Source: Scyliorhinus canicula (lineage: Eukaryota). From it: a DNA stretch of 64,000 bases. The stretch spans positions 17,976,546-18,040,545 of the forward strand of contig NC_052158.1 of NCBI RefSeq assembly GCF_902713615.1, given 5' to 3'. The translations under genes were made by a program, and so were the position numbers. Numbering within the stretch: position 1 is the stretch's first letter; each line of letters starts with the position of its first letter. Positions 12,500-25,895 of this stretch are shown here, piece by piece. The notes below the pieces were generated by a model, which did not search any database, was not told the DNA's origin, and saw only the letters and a program-made list of their open reading frames with translations.

Positions 12500-15400
12500 T
12501 CCTGATGTCCAAGAGGCTGATTTGACAGAAGCTGTTGGTATTGAGCTGCGGCAGTCTGTGGCACCATTCAGTTAGCTCATAACTGATCCATATCCGAAAT
12601 GTAGACCAGAACGTCACGTGATGGGAGCGTGCCAAAATTCCCTGGATGTGGGAGTCATGGCCGAGCATCCCAATCAGACTGTGATGGCTGGCCACTGGGC
12701 CTGAACACTGCCGGAGGCAACACCAGACACACAGCAGCCGAGATCTGAACACCCAGGGGATGGGCCCCAACACCGGGGACATGTCCATGGCCGGAGGGTG
12801 GGTGAGTTCGATGGGGAGGGGACCAGCACCCGGTCCAGGTACAGTTATGTGCAGGAGTCAGGGGTACAGGTCTGGGGTCCGTTGAGGGGTTGGGGGGGGG
12901 GGGGGGGGGGGGCGTTGGGCTCGATCGGGATGTGTGGAATCTCGCAGGCCACAGCCGACATGTCCATCCGACAGGTCACGGGAGCCCTGTTTGCCCAGGT
13001 GGAAAACTACCTCAAGTTTGACAAGGACCCAGCCGATCAAAATGCCCAGGCAGCAGGATTCTCCGCTGTCGCCGGGATGCCCCAGGTCCAGGGGCTGATA
13101 GACTGCACGGATGTCGCCTTGCGTGCACCAGGCCAGCTGGGAGTGCCCTACATCAACAGGAAGAGGTTCCACTCCCTGAACGTGGAACTCGTGTCTGATC
13201 ACCACATGCAGATCATGCACGTGTCTGCACGCTTCCCAGGGAGTGTGCACGACAGCTAAATCCTGGGGTAGTCAGACGTTCCCGGCCTCTTTGAGGACCA
13301 CCCCAGGATGGCGGCTGGCTCTTGGGGATCATGGGTACCCGCTGAGGACCTGGCTAATGACACCAGTATGGAGACCCGGTACAACGAGGCTAATGTGGCC
13401 ACTCGAGCTGCAATGGAGTGGTCCATCGGACTGCTTCAATGCTCTCCCGATGCCTCGGCCGGTCTGGTGATGCCCTGCACACCCCCTGGAGGGTCACCCG
13501 CTTTGTGGTGGTCTGATGTGTTCTCCACAACCTGACACAGGAGCAGGGTGAAGGTAGGGATGAGGAACCTGTGGCCAACTCCGAGGTGGAGGTGACAAGG
13601 ACGAGGGTGATGAGGAGGCGCTGGACCAGCAGGGGTTGAAGGACCAGCCGGAGGCTGCAGGACAGGCAGCAGCGGCCAGGATCCGGCCAGCCTGGAGGGC
13701 CAGGAAGTCCCAAATACCCACTTCACATCGGGTGTGGCCTCTTTCATCATCGCAACCTTCCTCCCATTTCTCACTCACCCAGGGTATCACATCAGGGTGC
13801 TGGAGCTGTGTCGGCACCGTCAGCCGGTCACTGTCGAGGACAGAAGGTGATGATAACCCACAGAGAGCTGAGCGTAGGTGCTCCTCAATGTAGTCTGACC
13901 CCCGGCCACTCTGCTGAGTGCTCGCCCAGACCCATCACCTGGTTGGTGTGTGTGTGGGGTGGGGGGGGGGGGGGTGTTGGTGCATGTCTGGAGAGATGGG
14001 CTAAGGGTTCGGAGGTCACCCACATTGCGGAGGAAAGTGATAGAGGTGTTATACTGGTTGTGGTGAACGGTTTATAATGTTTCACAGGCGTCCAACAGTG
14101 CCCAACCCTCCCGATGGTACCGCCCCACTCTCCCTTCCACCCACTCACACCCCCTACCCACCCCCCCTCTCTCTCTCTCTCTCTCTCTCCCCCCCCCCCC
14201 CCCCCCCCCCCCCCAGTGCCCTCTCAGTGACCCTCAATGTGCTTAGCCTTCCTTGTTCTGCCGCTACGGTGTATCCCCAGGATTATAAATCAGAGTTGGA
14301 GGCAGCCAGCTGCTTACCATGCCCCGTGACCTTCGATGCCCCTGACAGGCATCCTCTGGGGGCTCTGTGGCCAGAGGACCCCGGTGACTTGTCAGCGCCA
14401 CATGCACGGCCCTGTCCCTTGTGCTGACCCCAAGACGCGGCCTCATCAGATGAGTGAAACCCGGGGGAGCTGGTGGGCCACCATCCCCAATTCAGGGTAG
14501 GGGTCTGGGTTGGTACCCAGCGACCCTTCCTCCTGGTCGGTGCCCATAGGGCACTGCGGCTCGAGCCCCTCCGCTGTCTGGCCCTGCCAGCCCTGGCACC
14601 CCGATGTCTGCACCATCCTGTTGACGCCCTCGGCGATGTTCCTCAGTGACTGGGCAATGCTCTGCCGTGCCCTGGCAATGCCCACCCGCGACTGGGACAA
14701 GCTCCGCCGCGTCTCGGATATTCCCATCTGAGAGTGGGACATGACCCGCAAAACCTCATCACGTTCAGTTTGATATTGGATCACATCCCACAGCAAGGCA
14801 GACATATTGCCGAAGCCCTCAGCCATGACCGTTACAAACTGCGTGATGCCTTGGACACCTTCATTACTGCTGCTCACGTTGTGCACCAGGCTCTCCACTG
14901 CGGTCGCCACCCTAGCAGTGTTGGCCTCAGTGCCACCCATTACCGGCGACATCTTCTGTGACCAGAGCCTCTGGTACTCCTCCAATTGGCTATGGTGCTG
15001 CTGGAGAGTTGCTGACATCTCCCTCTGAATGTCTCGAACGTTCCCCAACATCTCCATCAGCTCCGGGATAGCCTGGTCATAGACTCAGCATCAGGCTGGG
15101 AACCAGCTGGGTCCTGGGATCCATCAGACCTCAGGCTGCTGTCTCTCCTGATGGACATCAGCAGCTGTGTGATGCTCACCACATTGTGCCCCAGAGGCCT
15201 GACCGCTAACGTTGCCCAGCGAGGTGTGTGTTTCTGCGCTGGTAGCGGGTGGGGATGGCAGTGTGCCGCGTCGATTGTGGTATCCACGGAGCTGTCCTCC
15301 AAGGTGGTCTCATGGGAGGCAGGGGACGGGACCACCCCAGATGGCAGGGTACTGTCGGCTAGAGGACCTGTGGGAGAATGGACACGTGGTCAATGGGAGG

Positions 15401-16381
15401 GATGGAGGACCTGAGGGAGAATGGACACGTGGTCAATGGGAGGGATGGAGGACCTGAGGGAGAATGGACACGTGGTCAATGGGAGGGATAGATGACCTGA
15501 GGGAGAATGGACACGTGGTCAATGGGAGGGATGGAGGACCTGAAGGAGAATGGACAAGTGGTCAATGGGAGGGATAGATGACCTGTGGGAGAATGGACAC
15601 GTGGTCAATGGGAGGGATGGAGGACCTGTGGGAGAATGGACACGTGGTCAATGGGAGGGATGGAGGACCTGAGGGAGAATGGACACGTGGCCAATGGGAG
15701 GGATGGAGGACCTGAGGGAGAATGGACACGTGGACAATGGGAGGGATGGAGTACCTGAGGGAGGATGGACACATGGGCAATGGGAGGGATGGAAGACCTG
15801 AGGGAGAATGGACACGTGGTCAATGGGAGGGATGGAGGACCTGAGGGAGAACGGACACGTGGTCAATGGGAGGGATGGAGGACCTGAGGGAGAACGGACA
15901 CGTGGTCGATGGGAGGGATGGAGGACCTGCGAGAGAATGGACATGTGGTCAATGGGAGGGATGGAGGACCTGAGGGAGAATGGAAACGTGGTCAATGGGA
16001 GGGATGGAGGACCTGCGGGAGAACGGACACGTGGTCAATGGGAAGGATGGAGGACCTGCGAGAGAATGGACATGTGATCAGTGGCATTGAGGGGTCAGCG
16101 TGTGTGACAGGGCATCATCAGGCATATGTGTGGCCCACAGTAGTTGGGGTGGGGGTGTTAAAGAAGGGAGATGGGGGTGAAGGGTAGGGATTGAAGGGAG
16201 GGTTGCGGTGATAGATGCTCGCTTGGGGGCGAAAAGGTCTTGGGAAGGAGGGGGGTAGGGGTAGTGTCCACTCACCCGTGCTGCCCAGTGTAGATCTTTG
16301 ACCTTCTTGCGGCAATGGAGGCCAGTCCTCCTGGTCACGCTTCCCGAGCTGACAACCACTGCCACTTCATCCCAGGCAGCA
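12500..16381. mobile_element. Decayed PIF/Harbinger DNA transposon: DDE transposase on +, Myb/SANT gene on -
   Basis: + strand GLIDCTDV, NRKRFHSLNVELV, ARFPGSVHDS then TAA at 13257-13259, LGDHGYPL..WLMTP. Minus strand SGSVTRRTGLHCRKKVKDL. Confidence 0.85.
15361..16078 (+). repeat. 43-bp minisatellite, about 16-17 units, most containing CACGTG
   Basis: Unit ggaggacctgagggagaatggacacgtggtcaatgggagggat. Confidence 0.95.
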
Positions 16382-16714
16382 GGGTAGCATGGTGGTTAGC
16401 ATAAATGCTTCACAGCTCCAGGGTCCCAGGTTCGATTCCCGGCTGGGTCACTGTCTGTGTGGAGTCTGCACGTCCTCCCCCTGTGTGCGTGGGTTTCCTC
16501 CGGGTGCTCCGGTTTCCTCCCACAGTCCAAAGATGTGCGGGTTAGGTGGATTGGCCATGCTAAATTGCCCGTAGTGTAAAGTAAGGTTAAGGGGGGGGTT
16601 GTTGGGTTACGGGTATAGGGTAGATACGTGGGTTTGAGTAGGGTGATCATGGCTCGGCACAACATTGAGGGCCGAAGGGCCTGTTCTGTGCTGTACTGTT
16701 CTATGTTCTATGTT
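16375..16714 (+). mobile_element. V-SINE/HE1-like SINE with CR1-type tail
   Basis: A/B boxes, V domain, tail ggccgaagggcctgttctgtgctgtactgttctatgttcta. Confidence 0.9.
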
Positions 16715-17142
16715 AAGTCTGTGCTGACATGTGGAGGAAAGACCTGCCCGACCTACTTAATCCCATTTGCCAGTACTTGACCCATAGCAATGAATATTAT
16801 GACGTGCCAAGGGCTCACCCAGCTGCTTCTTACACGACGTGAGGCAACCCTCCTCTACCACCCTCCCTGGCAGTGCATTCCAGACCGTCACCACCCTCTG
16901 GGTACTCACATCTCCTCTAAACCTCCTGCCGCTCACCTTCAACTTGTGTCCCCTCGTGTCTGACCCTTAAACTGAGGTGACCAGCTGTTCCCTACCCACC
17001 CTGCCCATGCCCCTCATAATCAGTCAGAGCTGACAGCAAATGACAATTATACAGCACCTTTAATGTAGTTAGCATACGACAGGCATCTCAATGTTAGTGA
17101 CAGAGAAATTCCAGATGTGGAGATGGACTGGGGTGGGCACAG

Positions 17143-17405
17143 TGATGCACAATCAATGGACACGAAACGTCGATAAAGTCCGAACGATAGGCTTTAATAC
17201 ACAAGAAGTGGACCCGGTAGCAGACGTACAGAAGAGTGGCAGACTGCTGGGGTACACGGATTCTTATACCCCGCATCGTAGGCGGAGCTACCTACCTCTC
17301 AGCTGAGAGGCACATGACATACCTGGGCCAATGGGCAGCGAGTCCTCTGCACCAATGGCAGCTCACACTTCCAGGTACCGTAATACCCCTAGTCATACTA
17401 CCAAA
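17143..17405 (-). mobile_element. Short solo LTR (Gypsy-like)
   Basis: Ends TGATGCA...TACTACCAAA (near TG..CA); near-TSD cacag/gacag; minus-strand TATAAG and ATTAAA. Interrupts a gggcacag^taagaa repeat. Confidence 0.55.
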
Positions 17406-18311
17406 GACAGTAAGAATCTCACAACACCAGGTTAATGTCGAACAGGTTTGTTTCAAATTACAAGCTTTCAGAGTGCTGATCCAGTTCATTTTGATTAAAT
17501 CTGTTGGTCTTTAACCTGGTGTTTAAAGAAATTCAAGAGCTCCCTATTGTCCCCTAGCAACATTTCCTCCCCTGTCAGCAGAGCAGCTCCCCCCACCCCT
17601 CCCCCCATTAGCAGCACCACAATCACAATCCCCCCATACCAAGCTTATCACCTGCTCACCTCCCACTGCGCTTCCGTAAACCAGCTCACCTAGCTAGCCT
17701 GGTAGCTCCCGCCCATGGCGCCAGACACCCTATCTCCCTATTGTTCTCCCTCCCATCCCCCCCCCAACTCGGACATACATATTCAGAGCATCACAGTCCC
17801 CAGTAAACAAATAGCAAACAGTAGAAAAATCCTTCCATCCATCACCCACCAGTATAGTTACATAACTTTTCTGAGCAACTGCTCAAACATCTTAACAAAA
17901 TGAAAATCAAAGAAAAAGGGAGGGCCAAAAAAAAATAGAAAAATAAACAAGCACTCCATATCCAAGACCTCACATGGACTTTAACCTGGTGTTTATAGAA
18001 ATTCAAGAACTCCTCCCTTCTTTGTGTTGAGGGAGTGGGGGGGGGGGGGGGGAGAGATTTGCAGGGGAGATAAGGGTATTTATGACTGGTGTGGTTCACA
18101 GAGAACAGGAATTAATGTTATAAATCTGACTTTATAAAAATGAAAAAGGCTCCAGACACAATAAAGGGGTCAGTTTGATTTAGTTACAAAGTTGCTGACA
18201 CTGAGTGTGTCACTGATCACGTGAAGTGAAATCCAGGAAGTGCAGAGCTGAACAGGAATTGACAGTGAAAGAGCTGGAACAGGGAAGGAGAGAGAGACTC
18301 TGGGCACTGAG

Positions 18312-21300
18312 ATGGCATCTCCAGATCTCACACAGGAACTAACCTGTCCCATCTGTCTGGAGATATTCACCCACCCGGTGTCTCTGGAATGTGGACATAA
18401 TTTCTGCAGCTCCTGCATCTCCCAGAGTTGGCAGAAGGTCCCGGGAGATGTTTCCTGCCCCCAGTGTCGACAGGTCTTCACCCAGAGGAACGTCAGGCCC
18501 GCTCGGACCCTGAGTAACGTCGTGGAGAAGTTCAGAGAGGTGAAGGTGACACAGCCACAGGAGGAGTTTTACTGTCAGGAACACGAGGAGAAGCTGAAAC
18601 TCTTCTGTGAAGATGAACACAAAGCGATCTGTCTGGTGTGTGGGATGTCCAGAGCTCATAAGACGCACAGTGTGATCCCAATAAAGGAGGCAGCCCAGAT
18701 ATACAAGGTACTGGATCACTGCTCCTGGCACAGGTAGATGGGGAAGAGGGACAGGGTGTAAGTCACAGAGAGAGAGAGTGTTTGTAGAATGTGGGGAGGG
18801 GAAGAGAGAGCGGGAGAGACAGAGATAGGAAAGGGGAGAGGGATGTTGAAATAGGAGAGGGTTGAAGCAAGTAGAGGATTGATTGAGGAGGGGAATTAAC
18901 CTGGAGAAGGATATTTGCAATAAACAGAATTAACCCACAGCTTCTACTTTGTTTATTGAGTGTAATGAATCCTGAGAATATCTCCTTCTCTACCTCACTG
19001 GTCTAACCCTATTTAAAAACAGCAAAACCCTCCAGAAGGTGACAATGATTGTTTCCTTTGACAAACCCATTTGTGTCCTTTCTGTCTCAGAACAAGTTAG
19101 AAACATCATTGGAAACTCTGCAGAAGCAAATGGACCTCAGTCTTCACAGTAAAAGAGAACGAGAGGATGGGATTTTCCACATGAAGGTAGGAGAGTGTCC
19201 TTTAGGCTTTGTGTAAACTTCCCTGTGTTTGTTATTGAGAGTGAGTGAGCTCCTCACACAGTCAGAGAGAGAGTTTTACTGAATAAAATGCTGCTGCTCT
19301 AAAGTACACTGCGGGCTGCTCCCTGAACTGCAATATAAGGGAGCGTCTGTAAATTGCAGATTATTATGACAGTGTGAAAATGTATTATTTTCTCTCTCAA
19401 GCCAATCCCATCGATTGATGAAATAAATCATGTCTGTAACTCACTGCCGGAGATCTATTATTCTCTCTATAAACCATCTGAACCCCTCGATTAAATTCCA
19501 GTCTGTAACTCACTCCTAGGAATCCATTGTTCTATTTTTAAACCATCTGAAACCCTCGATTAGACTCCAGTCTGTAACTCACTCCCAGGTATCCATTATT
19601 CTATATATAAACCATCTGAACCCCTCGATTAGATTCGAGTCTGTAACTCACTCCCAGGTATCCATTATTCTATATATAAACCATCTGAACCCCTCGATTA
19701 GACTCCAGTCTGTAACTCACTCCCAGGCATCCATTATTCTATATATAAACCATCTGAACCCTTCGATTAGATTCCAGTCTGTAACTCACTCCCAGGTATC
19801 CATTATTCCATATATAACCATCTGAACCCCTCGATTAGATTCCAGTCTGTAACTCACTCCCAGGTGTCCATTATTCTATATATAAACCATCTGAACCCCT
19901 CGATTAGATTCCAGTCTGTAACTCACTCCCAGATATCCATTATTCGTTATATAAACCATCTGAACCCCTCGATTAGATTCCAGTCTGTAACTCACTTCCA
20001 GGTATCCATTATTCGTTATATAAACCATCTGAACCCCTCGATTAGATTCCAGTCTGTAACTCACTCCCAGGTGTCCATTATTCTATATATAAACCATCTG
20101 AACCCCTCGATTAGATTCCAGTCTGTAACTCACTCCCCGGTATCCATTATTCGTTATATAAACCATCTGAACCCCTCGATTAGATTCCAGTCTGTAACTC
20201 ACTCCCAGGTATCCATTATTCTATATATAAACCAACTGAACCCCTCGATTAGATTCCAGTCTGTAACACACTCCCAGGTATCCATTATTCTCTATATAAA
20301 CCATCTGAACCCCTCGATTAGATTCCAGTCTGTAACCTACTCCCAGGTATCCATTATTCTATTTTCAACCATTTGAACCCTTTGATTATATTCTAGTCTG
20401 TAACTCTCTCCTTAATATTCTTATTTAGGATTAACCATTGGAATCACTTTACAATGTTTGTTTGTAACTCACTCCCACATAGCCAATATTCCATCAAACT
20501 GTTCAGCCGGCAGTGAGCTGTTATTATTTGTTATCCTTGCTGGATATAAATTTTTATCCCTATATCCCAGTGGACAGAGACCAGGGACACTGGGATTATA
20601 AACATTGTTTATTCCGTTCTGTATTCAATCTGTTCCAGGCTGAAGTTGACAGACTGAGAAATGAAATCAACAGTGAATTTGAAAAGATGCACAAGTTCCT
20701 GTTTGAGAAGGAGGAGCTGATGAAAGCAGAGTTGGAGAGAAAAAGCAATAAAATATTCGAGGAAATGGAGAACAATTTAACCAAAACCATGGATGAAATG
20801 TCTTCTCTTGAAGCAGCAATAAGAGATCTTAAATCGAGGCTGGAGGTACAAGAGGCTCCAGAGTTCCTCAAGGTACAAAATCTCTTTGTCTTGTGCAGTG
20901 AAACATTCCAGAGACTGAGGGCGGGCACTCTGACCTTTAACCTCTGGGTTTGGTTTAGGCCTCAGTCTGATTGGTTGGATGATTGTCTCTTTGTGCTGTC
21001 AGTAAGGGTCCAATGGGAAATGAGGTGAGATAATCTCAGTGTGATTCCGATACACAGTTTAACCACGGCACTGATTGATGATTGGACTCCGAGAGAGCTG
21101 GGCTGGGAACTGGAGATGTTTACAATGCTGCAGATGGAGTTCTACTGAGATCTGCTGAGGATGGGTGAAAGTGCATTATTGCAGGGGTGATGGAGATATG
21201 GTTAGAGAGATAAGAATGGGAGCGGGTGAGGGTAGAACACCCAGCTGGACAACAGTGGATAGGCGGTGGAGGAGGATGGTGTGATCGACCGTGTCAAAGG

Positions 21301-21887
21301 CTGCAGACTGACCGAGAATAATGAGGAGGGAAAGTTTGTAAGGATGGGTTTTTTAGGGCGATGGGTGATTATGTAGATTTAAATGACAGAGAGAGACAAC
21401 AGCTGAAGAGATGAAACAGTTTCCAATCCCAGCTAACATGGGGACCAGGAGGGGAGGTTGGGAGATCAGTAGTTTTTGGGAATAGGATGGAGGGGACAGG
21501 AGGTGGGTCTGATGGACAAAATGAGCTGCGAGAGGGAATGAAAGGAAAAAGTAAAAGTTATTTTCTAATTGAAATCTTGGTCTCTCAAATTCTACTCGAG
21601 ATTTACAACAAGAACTCTTTAATCTGACTCGATCATGTCTATTCTGTTTCTTTCCCCTCAGGATATTCAAGACCTGTTGATGAGGTAAGCAGGTATAAAG
21701 AAACAGTTTTGTGATGTGATCACTGCTGTCTCTCTAACACACACTGATTTCCAGACCTGTTTTTACAGGAGTCAGATGGAGTTTCACAAGCCTGGAACTG
21801 TCTCCACTCAGTTACCTGTGGATATCGCTGGTGAACCAGTCAAATACATCAAAGTGTGGAGGGAAATGAGAGCAGTGATTTCACCAG
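18312..21887 (+). pseudogene. TRIM copy 2: intact RING-Bbox-CC exons, PRY/SPRY exon deleted (truncated gene or pseudogene)
   Basis: Exons 18312-18707, 19091-19186, 20639-20872, 21662-21684, 21769-21887 are open and GT-AG. At about 26871 the pre-exon-6 intron joins directly to post-gene sequence. Confidence 0.85.
19432..20410 (+). repeat. 69-bp minisatellite, about 14 units (copy 2 intron 2)
   Basis: 23-aa periodicity in ORF 19864-20376. Confidence 0.95.
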
Positions 21888-22184
21888 GTATCATTCTCTG
21901 TATATTACTGTCTCCCTGCTGTTATCCACGTGATTAATGAGGTTTGACACACTGATGAAATGATTAGAAGATCAGAAGGAATAAGAACAGGAGTGGTCCA
22001 GCCCAGTAAACCTGCTCTGATTTTTGATAAGATTATGTCTGATCTAATTGTGGCCTTTACTCCACTTTCCTGCCTGTCCCAGATGACCCTTAACCCCGTT
22101 GATCAACAATCTATGGAACTTGGTCATGAATCAATGACCCAGCCTCTGCTGCTCTCTGTGGGAGAGAATTCCAAAGACTAATAT

Positions 22185-22794
22185 TGTGAATGCGTGTCTA
22201 ATTCACTTGTCTCTCAGTCCGGAAGAAACGATCTCGAACACGTCCGTACTTCAGAATATTCTTTATTGCGATCGGGCCTCTCTCTAGGTATTCCAAAGAA
22301 ACACCTCTCTGAGAGTGCCAAAGTCTTGCTCAAAGCACCCCTCTTTTATATGTTTTTTAAGGGGTTGTCCCTTATATTCACTTGAACTTGCCCACACTTC
22401 AAAGCATAGTTTGGTTATTACAATAGTTCCAGTACATGATTTTACAGACTTTGAGGTTATCTATTGGCACATGATAATGTAGCAGTTTTAGCTTAATTAA
22501 TAAATGTTAGCTATAGTTGCAAGCGGCTCCCATATTTCATATCTCGTCATCCGGCCATGCGCCTTGTTTCTCAAGGCTGTTTGGCTCATAGTCATGAGTC
22601 GGTTCACGACTTCAAATATCACTCCCTTCTCTGAGCATCCTTCAATGGCTTCAATAACACATTCCTCTACTCTGAGCAAATCCATTCTCCTTCAATGGCT
22701 TCAATAACACATTCTTTTAATTTGTGATTTTCCACTAATGTATCCCGGTCATTCTGGCTTGTTCTAGCTATTAACCCTTGCTTCACATCCTCAC
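22185..22794 (-). mobile_element. Solo LTR, copy 2-specific, antisense in intron 5
   Basis: About 610 bp absent from the other copies. Ends tgtgaatg...catcctcac, flanked by tat. Minus-strand TATAAAA near 22344-22350 and AATAAA at 22262-22267. Internal 26-bp direct repeat. Confidence 0.7.
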
Positions 22795-24141
22795 TATCCC
22801 TCTCCGAGAAGGAATTCCTCCTCAACTCTGTCTTCAATAGAGGCCCCTTCATTTGATGCTGTGTCACCGACACCTCGATTGGCCCAGAGATCAAACATCC
22901 TCCCAGCATCGACCCTGGTGAAGGAATCCCCTCAGAATGTTATGTTTCAATAAGATAACCTCTTATTCTTCTAAACTCCAGTGAGTACAGACCCAACCAG
23001 CTCAACCTTTCCTCATAAGACAATCCCTTCATCCCAGGAATCAGCCCAGTGAACCTTCTCTGAACTGTGTCCAATGAGAGTCTCTCCCTCCTGATGTAAG
23101 GAGATCAGATCTGAACACAGTACTCAAGCTGCAGTCTCACCAATCCCCTGAAATGTTGGAGCAAGTCTTCCCTACTTTACACTCCATCCCTTTTCCAATA
23201 AAGGCCAACATTCCATTTGTTTTCCTCATTCCTTGCTGCACCTGGACACTAACTTTTAGTGATTGATGTACAAGGTCCCCCAGATCCCTCTGTACTGCAG
23301 CATTCTGCTGTCTCTTTCTATTGAAATAATTTGCTGCTTTTCTATTCTTCCTGCCCAGGTGGACAACCTCCCATTTTCCCACATTATACTCCATCTGCTA
23401 AATCTTTGTCCACTCACTTAACCGGTCTATATCCCTTCGCAGACATTTTGTATCCACCTCACAACTTCCCGACCTAACTTTGTGGCATCAGTAAATTTGG
23501 CTCCAGTATATTCGGTTTCTTCATCCAATCAGGAATATTGATCATAAATAGTTGTATTCCCATCAGTGATCAGTAATCTCGGGAATTTGGAAATATTACA
23601 ACCAATGCATCTACTTTCTCTCCAGCCCCTCCTTTAAAATCCTGGGATGCAGGACATCAGGTCCAGGGGACAAGTTGCCTTAAGTCCCATCAGTTTTCCA
23701 GATATTTTTTCTCTGGTGATCATGATTGTTTAAAGTTTATCTCTCCGTTTTCCTTCCTGCTTTTCCCGAACACTGGATGACACCAGGTGTTGTTCTCTGT
23801 ATATTGTTGGGCATTTTTTCTTTCCCCAGGTTATCGGAAAACATTTATTTAACGATATTTTGAAATTTCTTAGGGACATTGCCAGACCTCAGCACAGAGC
23901 ACTGATTGCCCCCCACATGCCCCGTTGCTGAGACTGATACACTTCCCCTCACTCCGTACACCAGTTACCATGACTACATTATATCCCCTCTGTGACCAAG
24001 GACAGGAACTCCCAACTTAGGCAGACTTCACCTTCTGTCTCTCCCTCAGCACTTTGTCTTGCTGTGAATGGAATTCAGTTCAGAGAAGTGTGAGGTTCAT
24101 GTATTGGGAGGGGGAAGATATGGCAAGGGAATGGACAATAA

Positions 24142-24336
24142 TAATAGGGGCTGGTTTAGCTCACTCGGCTAAATCACTGGCTTTTAAAGCAGACCAAGCA
24201 GGCCAGCAGCACGGTTCGATTCCCGTACCAGCCTCCCCAGACAGGCGCCGGAATATGGCGACTAGGGGTTTTTCACAGTAACTTCATTGAAGCCTACTCG
24301 TGACAATAAGCGATTTTCATTTCATTTTTCATTTTT
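24142..24336 (+). mobile_element. tRNA-derived SINE, copy 2-specific (same family as 7147-7329)
   Basis: A/B boxes, tttca-type tail, TSD caataa. Confidence 0.85.
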
Positions 24337-25895
24337 CAATAAGTGGTAAGATAGTGAGAGGTGTGGAGGAACAGAGGGAGATTTGAGTTTATGTCCACAG
24401 ATTCAGGACAGGTGGAAAAAGTGGTGATGATAACACACCGGATATTTTCCTGTACTGACCACGGAATAGAAAATAAGCGCTGGGAGGTAATGTCGGAACT
24501 TTAGAAAACACGTTAGTCCACAGCTAGAGTACTTTATATCTTTCTGGTCAGTGTGTTGGAGAGGTTACCGAGGAGATTAATGAGGGTGTTGGCTGGTTCA
24601 GAGAACTTGAGTTCTGCGTTATGATTGGATAGACTGGGGTTGTTTTCATTGGATCAGAGGAGGCTGAGGGGAGATTTAATTGAGGTGTATAAAGTTAGGA
24701 GTGTCCAGATAGAGTGGAATGGAAATCCCGAGTCCCATTGCCTCGGGTTCCCTGATCAGGGAGAATAGATACAGGGTAAGAGGGAGGAGGGTTAAAGGGA
24801 TTATTTTCACACACACTGTGGTCTAGATCTAGGAGTCACAGACTGAAAGGTTGATAGAGGCAGAAACCCTCATAACATTTATAAAGTAATCAGATCTGCA
24901 CTGAAAGTGCCGTAACCAAAAGAGTTACGGAGCAGAAACTGGAAACCGGGATTGGGCTGGAGAATTCTATTTCAGCCGAATCTCACATATTGCTCTGAAA
25001 TTGCCTCTTTTTGTGAATTCCAGAATGTTTAAAAAAACAAGAGGTGACCATTCGGCCCATTGTGTTCCTGCTAGCTCACTGCAAGACCAACTCACCCAGG
25101 GCCATTCCTTCACCTTTTTCTCTGTCGCTCTGCAGATTTAAGTTCTTCAGTTAATGATTCAATTCCATATGAAAGCTGTGATTGAATCTGATTCCACCAC
25201 AGTGCATTCCTGATCCTAAACACTCGCTGTGTGAAAAGGATTTTCCTCACGTTAATATGGCTTCTTTTGTCAATCAGTTTAAATTCTGTGTCCTCTGGTT
25301 CTCTTCTCTCAGTAGAACCACCTCAGCTTCTCCAATCTGTGTTCGTAACTGAAGTTCCTCCTCCAAGGAACCATCGCGTTGATTGTTTCCTGCACACTCT
25401 CTCTAATGCCCTCACATCCTCCCTCAAAGTGTGTTGCCCATATCAGAGTTGAGGGTTAACCAGTGTTGTATACAGATATAACTTTGTCACTCTATTCTGT
25501 GTTAATAAAGCCTAAGATGCTGCATTCTTTATTAACCACTCTCTCTCCTTGTCCTGTCACCGCTAATTGTGAAATGATATCCTGTGCATCAAGGTTTAGG
25601 TCATTAATTTACATCAGGAAAGTCAGAACCCTTTGAATACCAATGTATATCTATCTTCAGTCTGAACAAGCAACAACTGTCATTCACCCCGTTTCATATC
25701 CATGTTGCTACTGTCCTCGTTATTCTGTATATTTTCTATGTTTCTGCCTGTTAGGGTGACTGTTCCCCTGTTGCCACGGAGACCAGGGAACATACGAGGA
25801 GGTTAAAGAGCAAAACCGTGTATTGAGATATTGAAGTTATTTCTCTGTCATTTAGATGTCAATTTTCCACCAGGGTCACTCCTTCCAGCTCATCA

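Noticed and set aside
12798-13540. Domesticated HARBI1 or NAIF1 genes
   Set aside because: In-frame stop, frameshifts and deletions, convergent two-gene transposon layout and a TIR remnant indicate a decayed transposon.
15361-16078. Regular repeats resembling a CRISPR array (also the 58- and 69-bp arrays)
   Set aside because: Contiguous units without unique spacers, no cas genes, vertebrate context.
16375-16450. tRNA-like A/B boxes
   Set aside because: These are SINE heads continuing into V domains and LINE-type tails, not tRNA genes.
18339-18920. Antisense ORFs recurring across copies (also 35104-35847, 61752-62333, 3979-4311)
   Set aside because: Shadows of TRIM exons and purine-rich intron sequence; recurrence is explained by recent duplication.
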